Shown one piece after another: positions 1-14,689 of a stretch of DNA of 64,000 bases. The DNA comes from Marsupella aquatica (taxonomy: Eukaryota; Plantae; Marchantiophyta). A program made the translations under genes and the position numbers. The stretch lies in contig OZ316896.1 in the NCBI GenBank assembly GCA_973895155.1, positions 12,938,549 through 13,002,548 of the forward strand. The letters are read 5' to 3'. The notes under the pieces are model-generated. The model saw only the letters and a program-made list of their open reading frames with translations, did no database searches and had not been told where the DNA came from. How positions within the stretch are numbered: the first letter of the stretch is position 1; each line of letters begins with the position of its first letter.

Positions 1-53
1 GCTTGTGGATGTGGAGTGGTGTATAGTTCTCATCCATTTATCTTTCATTGCAG

Positions 54-2244
54 GTGAATGACCCCGAGGGACAGTACCCCACAGTTTTTGATGCCTGGAA
101 AGCCGCCTCACATGGTGGAATTCCTCTGGTTTGTTTCTTCGTTCCCTTGCCTAAGATTTCTCGTTTGACCTGCGTGGAGGTCATTGGTCACTACCTGACC
201 GTGGTGATTCGCCTGTGTGTGAGCTTTTTCTCGTCCGTGGCCTTGATCGTCTGTGCCGTCGTAGCTGTTGCACCCTTACACATCTCTCTTACCTTCGCGA
301 CGTGAGGTTCTTAGGTCATCAGGGTCAACTAGTTTACACCCTATCCAGCACTAGTACATTTCACCACTTGTTGATTATCGTTGGCAGATGAGGAGTTCCC
401 TCGTTTTGAGAGCTTGCATGGGATGCTTAACGTGACCTTAGTTTACCTCACAGATTTCAAGACTAGGAGGCGGAGCATCTGATTTCGCCGCGTTCCTTCA
501 GCATGCGGGAATTCCGGCTGTAGATCTGCAATTTGGTGACGGTAAGTGGCTTTTGTCTCCTGACGCTGACATGAGTGTTAACCACTGAGTCCATTTGCCC
601 CTGCTTGCGCCTTTTCTAAGTGTGTATTGATTGAGCTTGGTTAGAGTTACTCGGATGTTGCAGCGTGTCCTTGGTGTGATTTGTTTGACTGAGCGGTCCC
701 TCCCATTCTGTTGTCTTGATTCATGGCAGCCTACCCGGTATACCATTCGGAGTACGACAACTATCACTGGATGGTGAAGTTTGGAGATCCTTTGTTTCAT
801 CGTCATGCAGCCAGTAAGATCCATCGTCTCCAAACGTCTTGATTTCACTTTTTCGCAAGTTTGTTTAAGTAAATGTCCTGTTACACAGCCTGTCTCTTGT
901 AGTCCCCTTCGAAGGAGGATTTCGCGTGCTCTACTTAGTGTCCTAGCTGGTGACGAGAACTAATGATGTCCTCTGTTTGTTTATGTATGCGAGTCGAATT
1001 CTGAAACTATCGTCCGTCTTGGTTTGCAGTGACTACCATATGGGGCCTTATTGCACTACGTCTTGCAGATGAGGCAGTGTTGCCTTTTGACTATTCTACC
1101 TATGCGAAGGAACTGCAGGTAATGCCACATGTTAAGATCTTTAGTACTTCCAAGAATTTATGGCTAATGGAACCATAAGATCAAGTCGACTTGGATGTGT
1201 GGATTCCTTGAACGTTTATTATTATGGTAGACCCTCTGAAAGTATTCACTACGTGACCACGATGCGAAAGCGGATGTCCAGACCCTACCTCTGTTTTCGC
1301 AGGAGATGTCGGGTAGGAATGTCTGCTCACGGAAATGTTCCTTTGTTGATATGTGTAGAACTATGCCCATCAAATCCAGGTCGAGCTGGAGAAAGTTAAG
1401 GCCTTCTCAGACGTTGTGATTACTCCTCTCGTTACTGCGATAAATGATCTATCTAAAGCAGCTTCTCATATCCGGCAAGATTCGAAGGTGTTCCAGAGCT
1501 TCAGACCAGACGCAAGCGACATTTTTTACTTTCTCCTTCGGCGTAGAGCCATCAATGATAGACTGATGCTAGCAGAGCGTGCCTTTTTAGATTCTGATGG
1601 GTTACCAGGCCCAGGAAGGCAGTGGTACAAACATCTGGTGAGTGGCTCTTTATTTCAGACATCCCTGGTTCTGCATCATGTCAGTCGAACGGGTTTCTAC
1701 TGTGTTAGCTCCTTCGCTTCACTCATACCTTCACCCGACAATCGGTGGGATGCAGTGCAATGCAGTCTGCATGGTGCCTGGATTCCCTGTAGGAGTAGTC
1801 GATAGTGGTTCTGTAATGTCTTGATTCAAGTCTGACATTGAATCCTTGATGGATTGGTATTTTAGTCAAAAGCTTTTTTGTTTTTAGGTCCTCTGTTTAG
1901 CAAAAGTTTTTTGTTTCTAGGTCTGTTTAGCAACAGATTTTTTGTTTCTAGGTCTGTTTAGCTGTCTGTCTAGTTTTAACTTAGCTTGTCTTGTCTGCCT
2001 CACTTCCTGGTACTTCGGGGCCAGTATGAGCTTCCTTCTCTGATGGTGTTTTTTTCTCCAGGTTTACGGTCCTGCAGGAAATAATAACTACGGATCAACG
2101 AACTTCCCGGGCATACTGGATACCTTGTCAACCGCTTGCAAGTATGGAAACGCAATAAATTGGAATGCCCTTCAACATGAGATTTGGCGTGTTGCCCGTG
2201 CCATAAACGGAGTCTCTTCAATTTTGCGGGGTAGCCTATCATAG
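54..2244 (+). CDS. Glutamate carboxypeptidase II-like (AMP1/LAMP1 family, peptidase M28B), 3' part; exons 54-128, 454-541, 730-813, 1030-1118, 1359-1637, 2062-2244; 5' exons lie outside the window
   Basis: GT-AG bounded exons translate in phase to [97 protein letters not shown]...NFPGI...[11 protein letters not shown]; stop TAG at 2242-2244. Confidence 0.93.
1866..1962. repeat. Intronic ~30-bp tandem repeat, about 3 copies
   Basis: Repeated ttttttgtttctaggtctgtttagcaa-like unit. Confidence 0.8.
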
Positions 2245-2599
2245 CCCGTGCTCACAATTTTGTGGCAAGCTTTCCGGGCACTATGCATGGGAAAAATTTG
2301 CTTTGGGTTGAATAGGTGTAACATAGGAAAAATTGTTTTTAGTGATGAAGGCTTTCATTCCTTCCCACTGGCACTGCCGCTACGAACAGACAGACTGAGT
2401 GGCTTGGAATGAATGCCCTCCTTTATTGTACACAGTTTTATGAGTGATGAGAAAACTTACACGGAGATTCATTTATCAGATTAGCCTCTTCCCGGCAGTG
2501 ACATTCTCTGTACTGTGCGGATTTTAGATCTAAACATGTTCCCACTGTACTAGAGGGTACTTGGATCGGTAGTTTCATCTGTAACAATAGTTAAAAGAG

Positions 2600-3260
2600 A
2601 AGGTTGTTGAACTCGTTCACAGGGTCCAATTACCTCTCATTGATCAGATTGAATAAACAATGAGCTGAAAGGCTTACTCAATGGAGTTTGCACCTTCAAT
2701 GTCCGTAATATAATCGGGCTACGATTATGGATGCTTTTGTTCTCTTTTGAGGGTCAGATATGGCTGCATGATTCCAACTATTCGATTGTTTGCCGAGTCA
2801 TTTGAGAGTCGCTGCTGCGTATGACAAGTACTTTACCTGATTCCTGATGGATGTCGTCCCCTGATTTTCCTCCAAACGTCTCTCTGTTGCGGTCGAAAAC
2901 AGAACGACCCTTGCCGTGTGGTTGACAATGTCCAAAGAAATGACTGATCCAGTTTTTCAAAACAATGCCAGAATTAGAATCTCCGTTGTGGTTCATGAGA
3001 TCAGGCGAATGGGAGTATCTGTTTCCGAATCTGATCTTTAGGAGACAAAATCGACGATATTTGCTCTATGTAGTAGGTGGGGAGTTGATCGGACCTTCCA
3101 GTTACTGTAGGCAAATGGGAGATACACTTGATACAGTTCTTGCAGAATGTTTCGCAGACTCTGATGGACTCCCACAAATCTCTGTTTCTCAAGTTCATGT
3201 GAAGCCGTCGCATTCATTTAGTGCTTTCATAATTACGGAATATAATCGAACTTAATGCTA
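2600..3260 (-). mobile_element. Highly degenerate Ty3/Gypsy integrase remnant
   Basis: Minus-strand fragments in different frames: LW....CETFCKNCIKC (H2C2-like), W..ISLDIV, VFDR; many frameshifts; boundaries approximate. Confidence 0.45.
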
Positions 3261-3711
3261 ACCTTGTCAAAGAGGATCCCTCTCGGACCCTACCAGACTT
3301 GAAGAATGGAGTGTACTGGGCGTGAAGTTTCTTCCTTAGAAAACATTCTTCAACAAGGATCTAGATGTCCAATAGTCTAAAAGTAGACAGCAGCTTTCTC
3401 GTTTTCGGGTAGACACTCAGTTCAGCACCGCTAGTGTTTCTAAAAGACTGCCCATTCACTTAGCTAACAAATACCATCCAACAATTTTGAAACGCATTAT
3501 CTTGAGCGGTTTGGATTGGGACTGAGAGGTACACGAGGAAGCCACTTGAGCCTAAGAGAGGTCTCGATAAAGGTTGTTGTCTTTATGGATTACTGAATCA
3601 GGTAGTGAACCTTACTGAACCTCATTACTTTCCAAATAGGGAGATATCACATTATATTATCACATTCTGATGTATGATTATAGGGCAGGGGAAGCATTAC
3701 AAGGAGGCACT

Positions 3712-3920
3712 TCTCGGGACAAGATACTGAGAATTTTTAATATCAGCCAGACACATTTCTATCCCCAGATCCCAGAGAGCATCCGAAATGCCCATCAATC
3801 TGAGCTCTTGACTAGCATGCATCTCTCGGGACAAGATACTACGAATTTTTTATATCAGTCAGCGACATTTCTATGCCCAGAACCCAGAGAGTATCAGAAA
3901 TGCCCATCAATCAGAGCTCG
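3712..3920. repeat. Direct duplication, ~113-bp period, 2 copies
   Basis: ctcgggacaagatact...acatttctat...cccagagag..atc.gaaatgcccatcaatc.gagctc at ~3712 and ~3825. Confidence 0.85.
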
Positions 3921-6900
3921 ATCACATCAGAGAGAAACTCTAATTGTCCAGGTGAAAACCTTTCCCTTTTCCCAACCTTTCGAGACCAACAAAAACTGAA
4001 AACAACCTTTCCTTCAATTCTGGAAGAGTTTCGTACATCCTTAAGGTACTGTACTGTCCTATCATTATTTTCGTCTCACGTCCGACCTATCCAATTGCAA
4101 ATAGTACGTCATGCCTCCAATCCTCAACCTTTATTAATGGAGTCCTTTACGAAACCGAACTATACAGCAAGCAAGCTTCAGAAACTTTGTTCTCCGTAGT
4201 ATAATTGTTTTTGCGGCGGACATCTGAAAGTTAATGCTGAACTGTTTACGTACCAGATGGATAGTACCCAATCGCCGACTCATCAGCATCCATCTAACAA
4301 TCCAACGATCCGTCGTAGCTGGAAATAGAATTGCGAGGATTGACACAAAGAGGATGCGACATGCGCCTGGTCAATTGATTAATGCGATTGTGCGGAGTAC
4401 GTCAGGGTGGAAATCGTAAGGATTGTCTGTAGGTGGGCAGACAAGGATACCGATGAATGAAAATTTGCAGCGGGGGCCGTCTTTCTTTGACAGGACACCG
4501 GATTTTTGAAGACGAGAAAATGTACGAGATGATTGTGATGAATAGACTTGAAAGATGAAGAAGGAAAGAGGGCTGAGCAGAAGTAGATATCGTACAAATA
4601 TAAAGTGCCGTAGACGGCACGGAGGGTATATGAAAGTGAGTTGTCTCGCGGCCCATTCATTATTGGCGATAGGCACGTAGGATCGAGGTCGATCCGTAAG
4701 TCGAGCTGGAAGATGGATCCGACGTTAAGTTGTCCGTTCGATGTCCGCCCCTCATTCTTCCCTGCTGGTAATCACACATCAAAATGTTCCTGCATTCATT
4801 GATTGAAAGGGAAAAACTAGCATTATCACTATATGCAGGGGTGTCGTACATAGTATATGTCATATTTTGATGTGCAGTTACCGAGACCCCTCATTCTTCC
4901 CTGCTCTCATCTACCTTCGAATCTGCTTTTCTATAGCAAATTTACGTGGACTCCATGATCTCTCTCGAAGTTATAAGTCAAGGCCAGGCAGATGGGATCT
5001 TCGTCGCCATCCCGCTCACCTGCTTCGAGTTTCACTCACGGCGATCACGTAATGGTACGGACGGGCCGAGGGCTTGAATGTCAGCATCTGGTGGTGTTGA
5101 AAGGACCAGATCGGAAACGCAACAGCCAGTTGCGTCCTTCTCACTGCTGTGTTCAATGCTCTCAAATTGAACGCCAGATGTATTTTAAAATATTGTCTAA
5201 AACGAAAAATAAATTGCTCTCTTGAAATTTTGCCTTGAAATTTTGCCTTCTGCAAGAGATTAAATTTCCAGCCCCTCAACAGCAAGATGAAAGACAATGC
5301 TGTTTAATCTGGTGTTGTGGCCTTCTCATTCCTGTACACCTGAGCAGGAGGTCAGCTCCCAAAGTAACAAACTTTGTCTAATATATTTTGACCCACGAGC
5401 CGAAAGGTGGGTGCCCAAAGCAAAGTGCCATCTAATCAATTAGTAATCTGAGACAGCCGCAGAAAGCTTCCTGAATGCTTCAACACTAGCCAGAATTGGA
5501 GTAGCGAGTCCACTTAGATGTGGATTTATTGTTTTTATAGAGCAGACACGAGTTTTAATTCACATATCAGTTTCTCGTTATATTAAACTTTGCCAGTGTT
5601 TTCAGTTCGGTCCCCGCAATCAGAGAATGAGACCATTTCGTCCCATACTTTTGATGATCTATATCCGTGCCATGCCATGAGTAGACTAGCTCTGGCTAAT
5701 ATTCTTGCTGGGGAGAGGAGAAAAAAGCTTGAATATTCGTCTTAGGACCGATTATAGGCCATCACAGACCCGCCAGGACGCAATCACAGAAAGAGACCAT
5801 CTGCTTCCATGCCTTGGATGATCCATCTGCGCACACCACTATACCAGCCCTGGGTATCTCACTTACAAACAGCTTAAATTCTCGTCTTTGGACCGATCGC
5901 ACGTAATCATAGATCCGTCCGGGCGCTGGGTTTCTTGCGCTACACATTTCTGAGCCGTTCGTAAATTGCTAAACGGCACAAAACAATAAATTAGTACAAG
6001 AGTCTTAAGTACATAAGTCAACTGCTTCAAACTTGCCAATGTATCATCGTGGCTAAATTTAACTTGCCAATGTAGCATCGTGGCTAAATTTACAGCTTAC
6101 CCTTGAGACGCAAATCCAGATTACCGAAAATCAAAGTATCAAAAAACTACTGTCCCCGGTACATCAAAAGAATGAAGAATGCAAAAGTCATAAAGAATAC
6201 AAGACAGGAGGAGTAAGAAAGATGCACACCACAATAACCAAATCAGACGGAATCGGTGGGGCCCTGGAAGAAAGGGACCGAAGAAAGAGGAGGGAAGGTA
6301 CCAAAAGAGATTTCAAGAAACAATCGTAGGAACGTAAGATACGAAGCCAAGCATAAAGATACCGTGGGACAGATGTTTCTGCCGTGATTGCGTGACTCGA
6401 GTGCATGCAACCTGCCTGAAATCACCCATGATTCTTGTTTCAATTTCGGCCCGTAACGAGCTTCTTTCCCAAGCAGACAAAACTCGTTACTTTGCCTCTG
6501 TGCTCTGTCTGCTTGTCTCACGCAGATTGAGAACACACTGCACGGACCACTTGGTGCAGTCGGGGAGCCGTGAACACGGATGAAAACCCGTGCTGCCCCG
6601 GCCGACAGAACTCGAGACAGTAAGTGCATTCCTTGCCCTCCAGGACTTGAGAATTGTGGCTGGTATTGGTCCCCTCTGCCGTGCGTTCGGCCATTCATCC
6701 GTGCGAGCAAGTGTGGCAATCTCGGGTGCCACGATCAAAGTACAGCTTAATTTTCTATCAAACACACTCACACACCATACGGGACCATACCAGGACATTT
6801 GTGGGGCAGCGACCTGAGCATAACAGCGTATCTCACACAAGTGTTTTCTGGAAAGCAGTGATGCTGGTGTGTGCACAGCACGCGACCAGGCGACCCAGTT

Positions 6901-8334
6901 TCGCCGATGCCCATAATCCGCTTGCCGCAGATCCCCGCTACAAAGGAGTACGATCGATCGAAGGCTGGTCTTACAGCCCAGCCGCCGGCCTGGCGTGCGA
7001 GGAACAAAGAATGGTACCTGTGCTTTGGGCTGGAGTCTAGTGGAGACACAGATCATGTGCTATGATTACGAAGAATTGGGTGCCCCAATCCTTTCCCGAC
7101 TAGCTACCGTAGAGTGTGGTTCACGCAGCTTCCGTTGCCTCTGTGGGTCACGAATTGCAGCAGTACTGCTGCAGCTGCTGCACTGTCCTACGAGCCTCTC
7201 CTGCCCCTGCGTTGCCTACCTGCCTGCCAGCACCAGCAGCAGAGGAAACTCCTCTACCCTATGGAGCCATGCACTACTTGGATTTCTGTGTCAAGGATTT
7301 CTGTGTCAAGGAACAGTTTGAATGGAAAGCGTTGTTCTCTTTTCTGCTCGCATTGCAATCATCTCGTGGACAGTACTTTGCTTCCATAGACAGGAACCGC
7401 CAGAGTAGGTGGTAATGTTCCCTGTTGTGTTGTGTAGGGTAGCCCATGGACTGGAGGAGTGTTTCCATTTAGTGCCAATTTTGGGACACTAGCCCTATTA
7501 CCCAAGAATAGATATGAAGAAAAACAGTCTTGCATAATAAAATTTATATGCTACTTGAGCTAGTCTTTGTCCAATACTTGTTTTCTGTCCAACCTCATTT
7601 CAGTTTTGTCTATTTTCATATAAATTTTTCACTTCTGTCTGAATTACGGGTTACTGTGTAGAGGTTTCACTCTAGACCCTAGGCCCTTAAGAGTAGACTT
7701 CATTCGTGCTTTTATAGTAAGATTGCTACAGGTGGAGGACTGGCAACTCTAGGGAACAAAGGTTATGGGTGTGTAATGATCTCTGCTATATCCATAATGG
7801 CATGCCTGGAAATCCCTTTTTAATTTTTTCCCGGACTGTATTTACATACCATAAGGATGGGTGGGCTGTTTTTCCCCGGACTGTATTTACATACCATTAG
7901 GATGGCGTGGCTGGGGTTCTAGACAGAACTTGTTCCCAGATTGCTCAGAAAAGTTGAGTAGCTTTAGGGTTTAGAGGCTAGTAACCCTGTGCCCAGACCA
8001 TCATTATCCTATGCTTAATAGTGCGTCTCAAAGCTGCCAATTATGGATGATGGCTTTTGGTCATCTTTTTCACAAGGTTGAGTAAATGTTTTATTTATTT
8101 ATTTCACGGTCTAGCCTCTACAATGACTAATGGTAATGGCATAGGAGAACAATCTTCATGGCAAAAATTTTGGACTATGAATTTGGTAGTTAGTAACTTT
8201 TTGTGTCCCTAACTACTGTCCATCAAATATCAAATTCTGAGCTTTGCGATGCCCTAATAAGGCGCCTGAAGGCACCTCCATAATCAGGCACCTCCATAAT
8301 CAAGGTCTTAAGACTGTAACTAATTAGCCTCTAG

Positions 8335-8570
8335 TTAGTCCCTGCACACATCCACTTTTTGGATGTCTAATCCATAAGTTAAAAAAAGTAACTTCTTGTT
8401 TTTGGCCATAATCATCCATTTTTTGGATGTCTAATCCATAAGCCAAATTAAAGGCTAATTTGTCCCCTGCACACATCCACTTTTTGGATGTCTAATCCAT
8501 AAGTTAAAAAAAGTAAAATTTTGTTTTTGGCCATAACCATCCATTTTTTTGGATGTCTAATCCATAAGCT
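8335..8570. repeat. Tandem repeat (~123-bp unit made of two ~60-bp subunits)
   Basis: atcca(c/t)tttttggatgtctaatccataag occurs four times. Confidence 0.85.
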
Positions 8571-9714
8571 AAAAGAGTAATTTATGTTTTTGGCCGTAAC
8601 TCACTTAGAGCTCTGTTTTGACGGGCTCTAATGCACCTAATGCTTTTCTCTCATAAATGTTCTGTGCATTTGTGGATGTTAAGTTCTGGTGAATGAGGGG
8701 TTTGCTCTAAAGCCCGATGGATGTTGTGATGTAGAACATCAAAAAATGCTCAGATAATACTCCTTACAATTTTGGCTGAAATGTGACCTATAAGTGGGTT
8801 TGTGACCATATGTAGTTTGTTCGTACATGGTAGTAAGTTGATGTTCATGCACAATCTACGTACTCAAGACCTCCAAGCAGGTTGGGGACTTGATTGGCAG
8901 AAAACAATTGACCAAAGCCCTTGTTTTCTTCTCTTCCCTCCCGGACCCAACCCAACCCAGGTCACCTCCACTCCTTTCTTCCTTTTCCCTTGGTTTCCTT
9001 CCTTCCCCACCACCTCCTCTCTTGAACCCTAAACCCTGTCCTCAACTCCCCCCTCCCCTCTTTCCCCCTGGCTGTCACACAGTATCCTTCTCTGATCCCT
9101 CCCTGCCTTCTGCGACATCTCAACCTCACAAGGTGTGTAGCCAGTTTTCCTGTGTTAGGACTATTTTCAACTTCTAGTCTTCCTTATCTTGTGGAGAAAC
9201 CTTCAGATCCAATGACAAACCCATTGCCACATTGGGCTTTCCACAAAGTCCATTGAAGCTACTTGATACTTGAACCTGCAAGGGGGGACCTGGGTACCCG
9301 GGTATGCCATGCAACCCAACTCCCGCCACTGGGTGTGGGAGGGCTCAACCCCCACTACGACTACGAATGCACGAAACAGAGAACAAACAATCACCACCCT
9401 GACAAGCAACTTTGCAACTTGCAACTGGGGTACTGTTTTGCAGGCCGAGGAGCTATTGATGTGCTCCTGAGATGCTAGCTCTCTACGTGCTCCTGATGTG
9501 CTCCTGATATTGGGCTTGGGCTTGTTGGAGGCTCATGAGGATCGATGCATCAGGATGCATCTAAGTGCATCAGCATAGGTCAGGGATGTGCTTTTTCTGA
9601 ATGTCGGCTGGTACCCAGCTTTAGACCAAAAATTCACTAGTTGGAATAGTTTCATAACTACTTAGTGCAGAAATAGTAACACTTAGGGCTTGTCTTTCTC
9701 CAAAAGGCAATAAG

Positions 9715-9853
9715 GAAGATTTAGTGCATGCATCACAACCTTGGATATAGAGAAAGCTTGGAAGAAGATTTAGTGCATGCATCACAACCTTGGATATAGA
9801 GAAAGCTTGGAAGAAGATTTAGTGCATGCATCACAACCTTGGATATAAAGAAA
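9715..9853. repeat. 49-bp tandem repeat, ~2.8 copies, in the MED7 3' region
   Basis: gaagatttagtgcatgcatcacaaccttggatatagagaaagcttggaa starting at 9715, 9764 and 9813. Confidence 0.92.
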
Positions 9854-10021
9854 ATACCAGAGTACCTCTATGCTGAGCTGTGAAAAGATTAAAATTACTT
9901 GTGAAACACAAACCAGAATCAAACCGCAAGACAATCAAGGAAGACTACTTCTCTGTTCAATGACAAATCTTCAAGAATTTGGTGGTCACTACGGTGTTCA
10001 TCATTGAGTGCCGCGCTGCCC

Positions 10022-13000
10022 CTATTGGAATGTCTGATCGAATCCAGAGTTCTTAGGTCCGTTCTTGAGTCCAATCATATTAGGATCCCCAGGAATCCCA
10101 CCATCTTGCATTGCATCATTCATTTGATCATCAAGCGATTGCAGTGATTCTTGTAGCAAGTGGCGAACCTCCTCTCTCTTTCTGCATCAACAATGTTTTA
10201 GTCAGGCACCAAAATGAATTGACTCCGCTTCAAGTCTGTACACGTATCTACTGTATCTTGGGCCGAATGCTGATGGTCAAGAGAAAACCATCGGTACTAA
10301 GAGCTGAATATTCAAGCATATGGAATCCCCCAGATTCCGAAACGACAAGACCCACGGGGGGCGAAGAGTTTATAAAGCCTGCACGGAAATAAAAGATTTC
10401 AAACAGACACAAGATATCTGAAGGAAAACTTTTTGGGAGAAACAATTACATCCATCGTAAAATACACCAAGACTGAAGAAAGAACAGCTGAATAGGCAGA
10501 TTACAGGAATGTAATATTTCACATCACAAATGGAATAATATGCGACTGGCCATAACAACCAAAATAAGATCTCCCTGACCTCCAGACGTCAGGGGATTAG
10601 CATTTGGGCCACATTTTCCTTTAGAAATATCTACAGCTTGGTTACACACTACATTAGTGTGCGTACAGCTTTGTAGACCGGTTGTCAGTCCTACGATTGC
10701 TTTCTAGCCCAGGAGAACTATCGAGAACATGGCCATGATGTGTCAAGACAACTGATAACAGTTTACTCGTAATAGGTTTCCTCCTGTGCGGTTTCAGTTT
10801 TGCATTTGAAGATTTGTTCTAGCCATGCTCGTCGACAATTCCAGGTGACTATTTTCTCACGTGCCTTTCCGTACTTGGGTCAAAACATCTCAACAGCAAA
10901 GTCAGTTGGCGTTTCTTCAACAGTAAGGACACGGAAGGACCACAAGTGGAAGAATCTCACTTATGGATTCACCTGATTTCTGCTTAGACGCATTGAAGGT
11001 AGGGAGCTTGAAAATATGCCATTTATCACTTAATTTTCTATTTCTTACTGGCACGGTCAAAAGCGCCAGTCTATCGAAAGGATTCCTTCCCATATGTGGC
11101 AGCCTCCCAGGTAAGAAGCTCAGGTAGTCCCTACGACATGACGCAGAATGATACATATATAACACACTGCCAGTTGTGACCTTTCCTCACTATTTGGAGG
11201 GTAAGTATAAGAGGAGTACAAAAGAAAAGGAACAAAAATTGAGCATACCACTCAAATGGACAAAGCGAAGTTCCATTTGCAACAGTCAGACACCATGAAG
11301 GTAGAAATAAAAAACAAGAGGTCAGCTAAAATGTCTCCGTTGGATTTATGAGACAACAGGGTTAAAACCCCAACGTACACAGGTGGAAATTATTGAACAC
11401 CCATCGTTTCTGCTTCTTTTTCTCGGTAAGCACACAGTATATAGGTGCACCATGGTAATGGTTTACGAGCACAGGGACATCACCTTTTAGGTTTTCTACG
11501 CCTGTATTATGACAGATATTTCAATGGATGACCGGAAGTGAAACCACAACGTCACACAGCATAAACGACTTTAGGGTAGTGACAGGGTGCTCTAAAAAAG
11601 CTGAGAAACTTACCAGCTCACTTCCACCATTGGTCTTAAATTCCATGTCAGAATGCCAAGCTTAGACCCTGTCAACGCCTTAAATGGGTAAGGGGGCTGT
11701 TCTTTGATTAGAGGTTTCATCCAAGGTACTTTGAATGAACGGTCAGCACGGGTTTTAGTTTGAAGCAAATTCAGTTGTCTGCGATGAACTATTTCTGTGC
11801 TTTGGGGTTAAAGTTTGGAGTGTGATTACCTCTTCCCGTGTTTATGAGAAATCGGATTTTTATCATACACTTATATCCGTGACACTTCACACAAGGTTTC
11901 TGTCGCTTGACAGTCAAGACCACCCAGCGCAGCCAAGCATCGGTCTGGTGAGCCTCTAGTGATCTCAAGCTACTTCACATCCCAAATTAGATATATTTGT
12001 ATCCTTTCTTTTCCAGACATCGACATTAGCAACCATCACTAATAATTTCAGGCAGACTGAGAGCGTACCTGCGAATATCGGCAACAGCTTGTTTACGCCG
12101 TTCGATTTGTGAGTCAAGCATGTGAATCAGTGTGGCCCTTGCCTACAAAACCATCATTAAATGGATAAGCACTCAACAGCTGCCTCAACTGTGATGTCAG
12201 CAACTGTAAACAAGCCATGCACAGGTTCGTACCAGGGATTACTTGCCTGATGCGGTCGCAACGAATTCAAAAGATGATGGATGTTCCTAAGGATCAAGCC
12301 CATATCCTCTACTCGTCGGGCATATTGAGAGGGTCTTTCTACGAGAACATCTGCAAGTTCTAGAAATTGGAGGCAAAGCTCCCTGTTGAGTGACCTAAGC
12401 TCCTTCTTGTAATCTGCATCACCGCAGGCAAGACATTTTCAGCTTCATAAACACAGCCAGATATTCTATCTTCACAACAGTAAGGCAGCAACACGATTTC
12501 AATCAACATATCGAGTGCCTCGAGTGCCCAAGTCTTGTCACAAGACATGTCAACTTCCAGAGCAACAGTTTCGATTGAAGTTGACAAGAAGAAACGAAGC
12601 AATCTCCAATCCTCCTCAGTCAGCTCAATTTTCTCCTCCCCTCACCGTCTGACCTAGCGCACTTAAACATCCTGCAGACCGGCGAGTGAAGAATATGATG
12701 TCCACCAACGACTCTCACTATTCAATCACAAACAAAGGAAACTGAAGGAATACGAACCTACATTAGGACCCTTCGGATACAGTTGCCGTAGACCTTGCTC
12801 CTCTAGGCTTGGTAGCATGTCATCCGTCTGATATATACAAAAGAAGATTTAAGACGTGCACGTTCACCGAATAGGTTTGACCCGAACTACTCAATCAGCG
12901 ACTCTGGGAATAGATACGGTTATAGAAAGTCAATTTCAGTTGTAAAGCGAAAACAAGATTTGCGGCAATCATACGAACAAGTCTTGTTTCAAGTTTTTGT

Positions 13001-13153
13001 CTCAAACATCATACTCACTGTGTAATTGGAGCCGAACATCGCATAAGTGCCACTAACTGGTGGAGGCGGTGCCGGAGCATACTCGGGATTGCTTGCAAAA
13101 TCTTTGTACAGTTTGTAGTAGGGTGGTGGTGGGGGATATGTCGAAGATGCCAT
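10022..13153 (-). CDS. MED7: Mediator subunit 7; exons 13019-13153, 12758-12827, 12247-12413, 12069-12142, 10022-10181 (606 nt, 201 aa)
   Basis: MASSTYPPPPPYYKLY...PAPPPP..GTY.MFG.NYT/TDDMLPSLEEQGLRQLYPKGPNV/DYKKELRSLNREL..FLELADVLVERPSQYARRVED..LI.RN.HHLLNSLRPHQ/ARATLIHML..QI.RRKQAV.DI/RKREE; exon phases sum to an intact frame. Confidence 0.95.
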
Positions 13154-14689
13154 TTCCGAGCTAGCAAGGGCTCTAGAGTAAAGTTCCTTCCGTCCGTCCG
13201 ACTGTCTGCAGGGACAAGTACCGGGTGACTCAGGGGGACAGACCAATCTAGCATCTGTAAAAGGCTTAATGTTTGATGTGAGACTCACAAGGGGCTACAA
13301 GGTTAGGTCTGACTACGAAGCAGCCCTCATTCTACGTGGACACCTCCACCACAATCTCGAGAAAAATACATCGGACCTGAATTCTACGTCTGAAGCTTAC
13401 AAGGAGTGTCATGGTTTCTATATCGAGGACACTGTTCAGTCTTAGAAAAAAACACTCCAAACCCAATTTCTATGATACAATACGCCCGGCTCGACACAAA
13501 TTGTAGCATCAAGATATCTATACATTGGAATAAACATGGAATAAACCCTAGACTCCAATTGATGACAACGCCATCCATTCGTGATCAAGCATTATTGTGA
13601 CACACAATAATGCAGAAAAGCTTCTCTTGAATGACCAATTTCTACTACAGGAGATACGAACACCGAAAACCCAGCTGAGATGGAAAAAAGGGGGGAACGG
13701 CACCGGACATACCTCGACCTCTCAGAGAGCGCTCGCGATGGCCACTCCTAGATGGAATCCGTCTGCCACGCAGCACGAGCAGCACCGAAAATCGTAGCTG
13801 AAACCGCGGCCATCTCCAACAACAACAAATAGCGGCTGCAACGAAATGAGAACATTGTCGCAAATCCTGCCCTGCTCTCTCCGAATGCTGTTCTTGGCCG
13901 AATGCAAAGCCTCGTCGCTTCGCTGATTCTCTTCCTACTGATTCTCTTCCTACTGGTGCAGCTTGAACCGCAGCCCAAGCAAGCACATTTGGTGGGCCGT
14001 TTCTCTCGGTCTTCTTCCTCCACCTATCGTCGACTCACTGCTGCTTACAAATACACAGGCGACCTGAAGTCCTTCTGCATAATTAGGAGTTTTAGGTGCT
14101 CCAAACGCACTGTCGAGGTATTGTATAATGCGAGCACATATTTAGGAGTTTTAGGTGATCCCAACGAAATGTCCCCAGGCAACGAGGTATTGGATAATGC
14201 TAGCAAACAGGAATTTTGTTAGCAATGAGAGTTTAGGGTGATTTGAGGAAAAAATTGTTCATGTGAGTAATTTTTTTACTGTTTCCTCGCATGTCACAAT
14301 GACCCGCATGCGCTCACATGCGAGTTGGGCCTTAGTGTGAAGGGTTGTTCTTGACTAGAGAAGAGGTATAGGGGCACTTTCAGCAGGGTGGGCAGACTCT
14401 TATTGTGTACACTGTTTTTGTGGTCATAGTTTAGACCACCATGCAAGGTGGTTTAAAGTTCTGGTTGCTTGGTCGCTTGGTCTCTTGGTTTGCATTGATT
14501 GAGTTCCCAACAATGACCCCTTAGTTCATCATCTACTTGGAAGACTAATGTAGGCTCAAATTGGCCCATTCATATGGGTTTGGGAAAAGTATGATTGCCA
14601 ATTAGTCACTATTGTAAATCCCCCCTCAGATGTTAAAGAAAGGGGTGAAATGAAGGGTAATCACTACTCTTCAGCCCCAAAATGAGTAA

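Noticed and set aside
2000-2242. Minus-strand ORF read as a retroelement chromodomain
   Set aside because: It is the antisense of the last carboxypeptidase exon
6188-7468. Cluster of overlapping GC-rich ORFs, with a short match (gcgagcaagtgtgRcaa) to ~48823
   Set aside because: No recognisable protein motif, no TIR or TSD found, and the match is too short to establish homology
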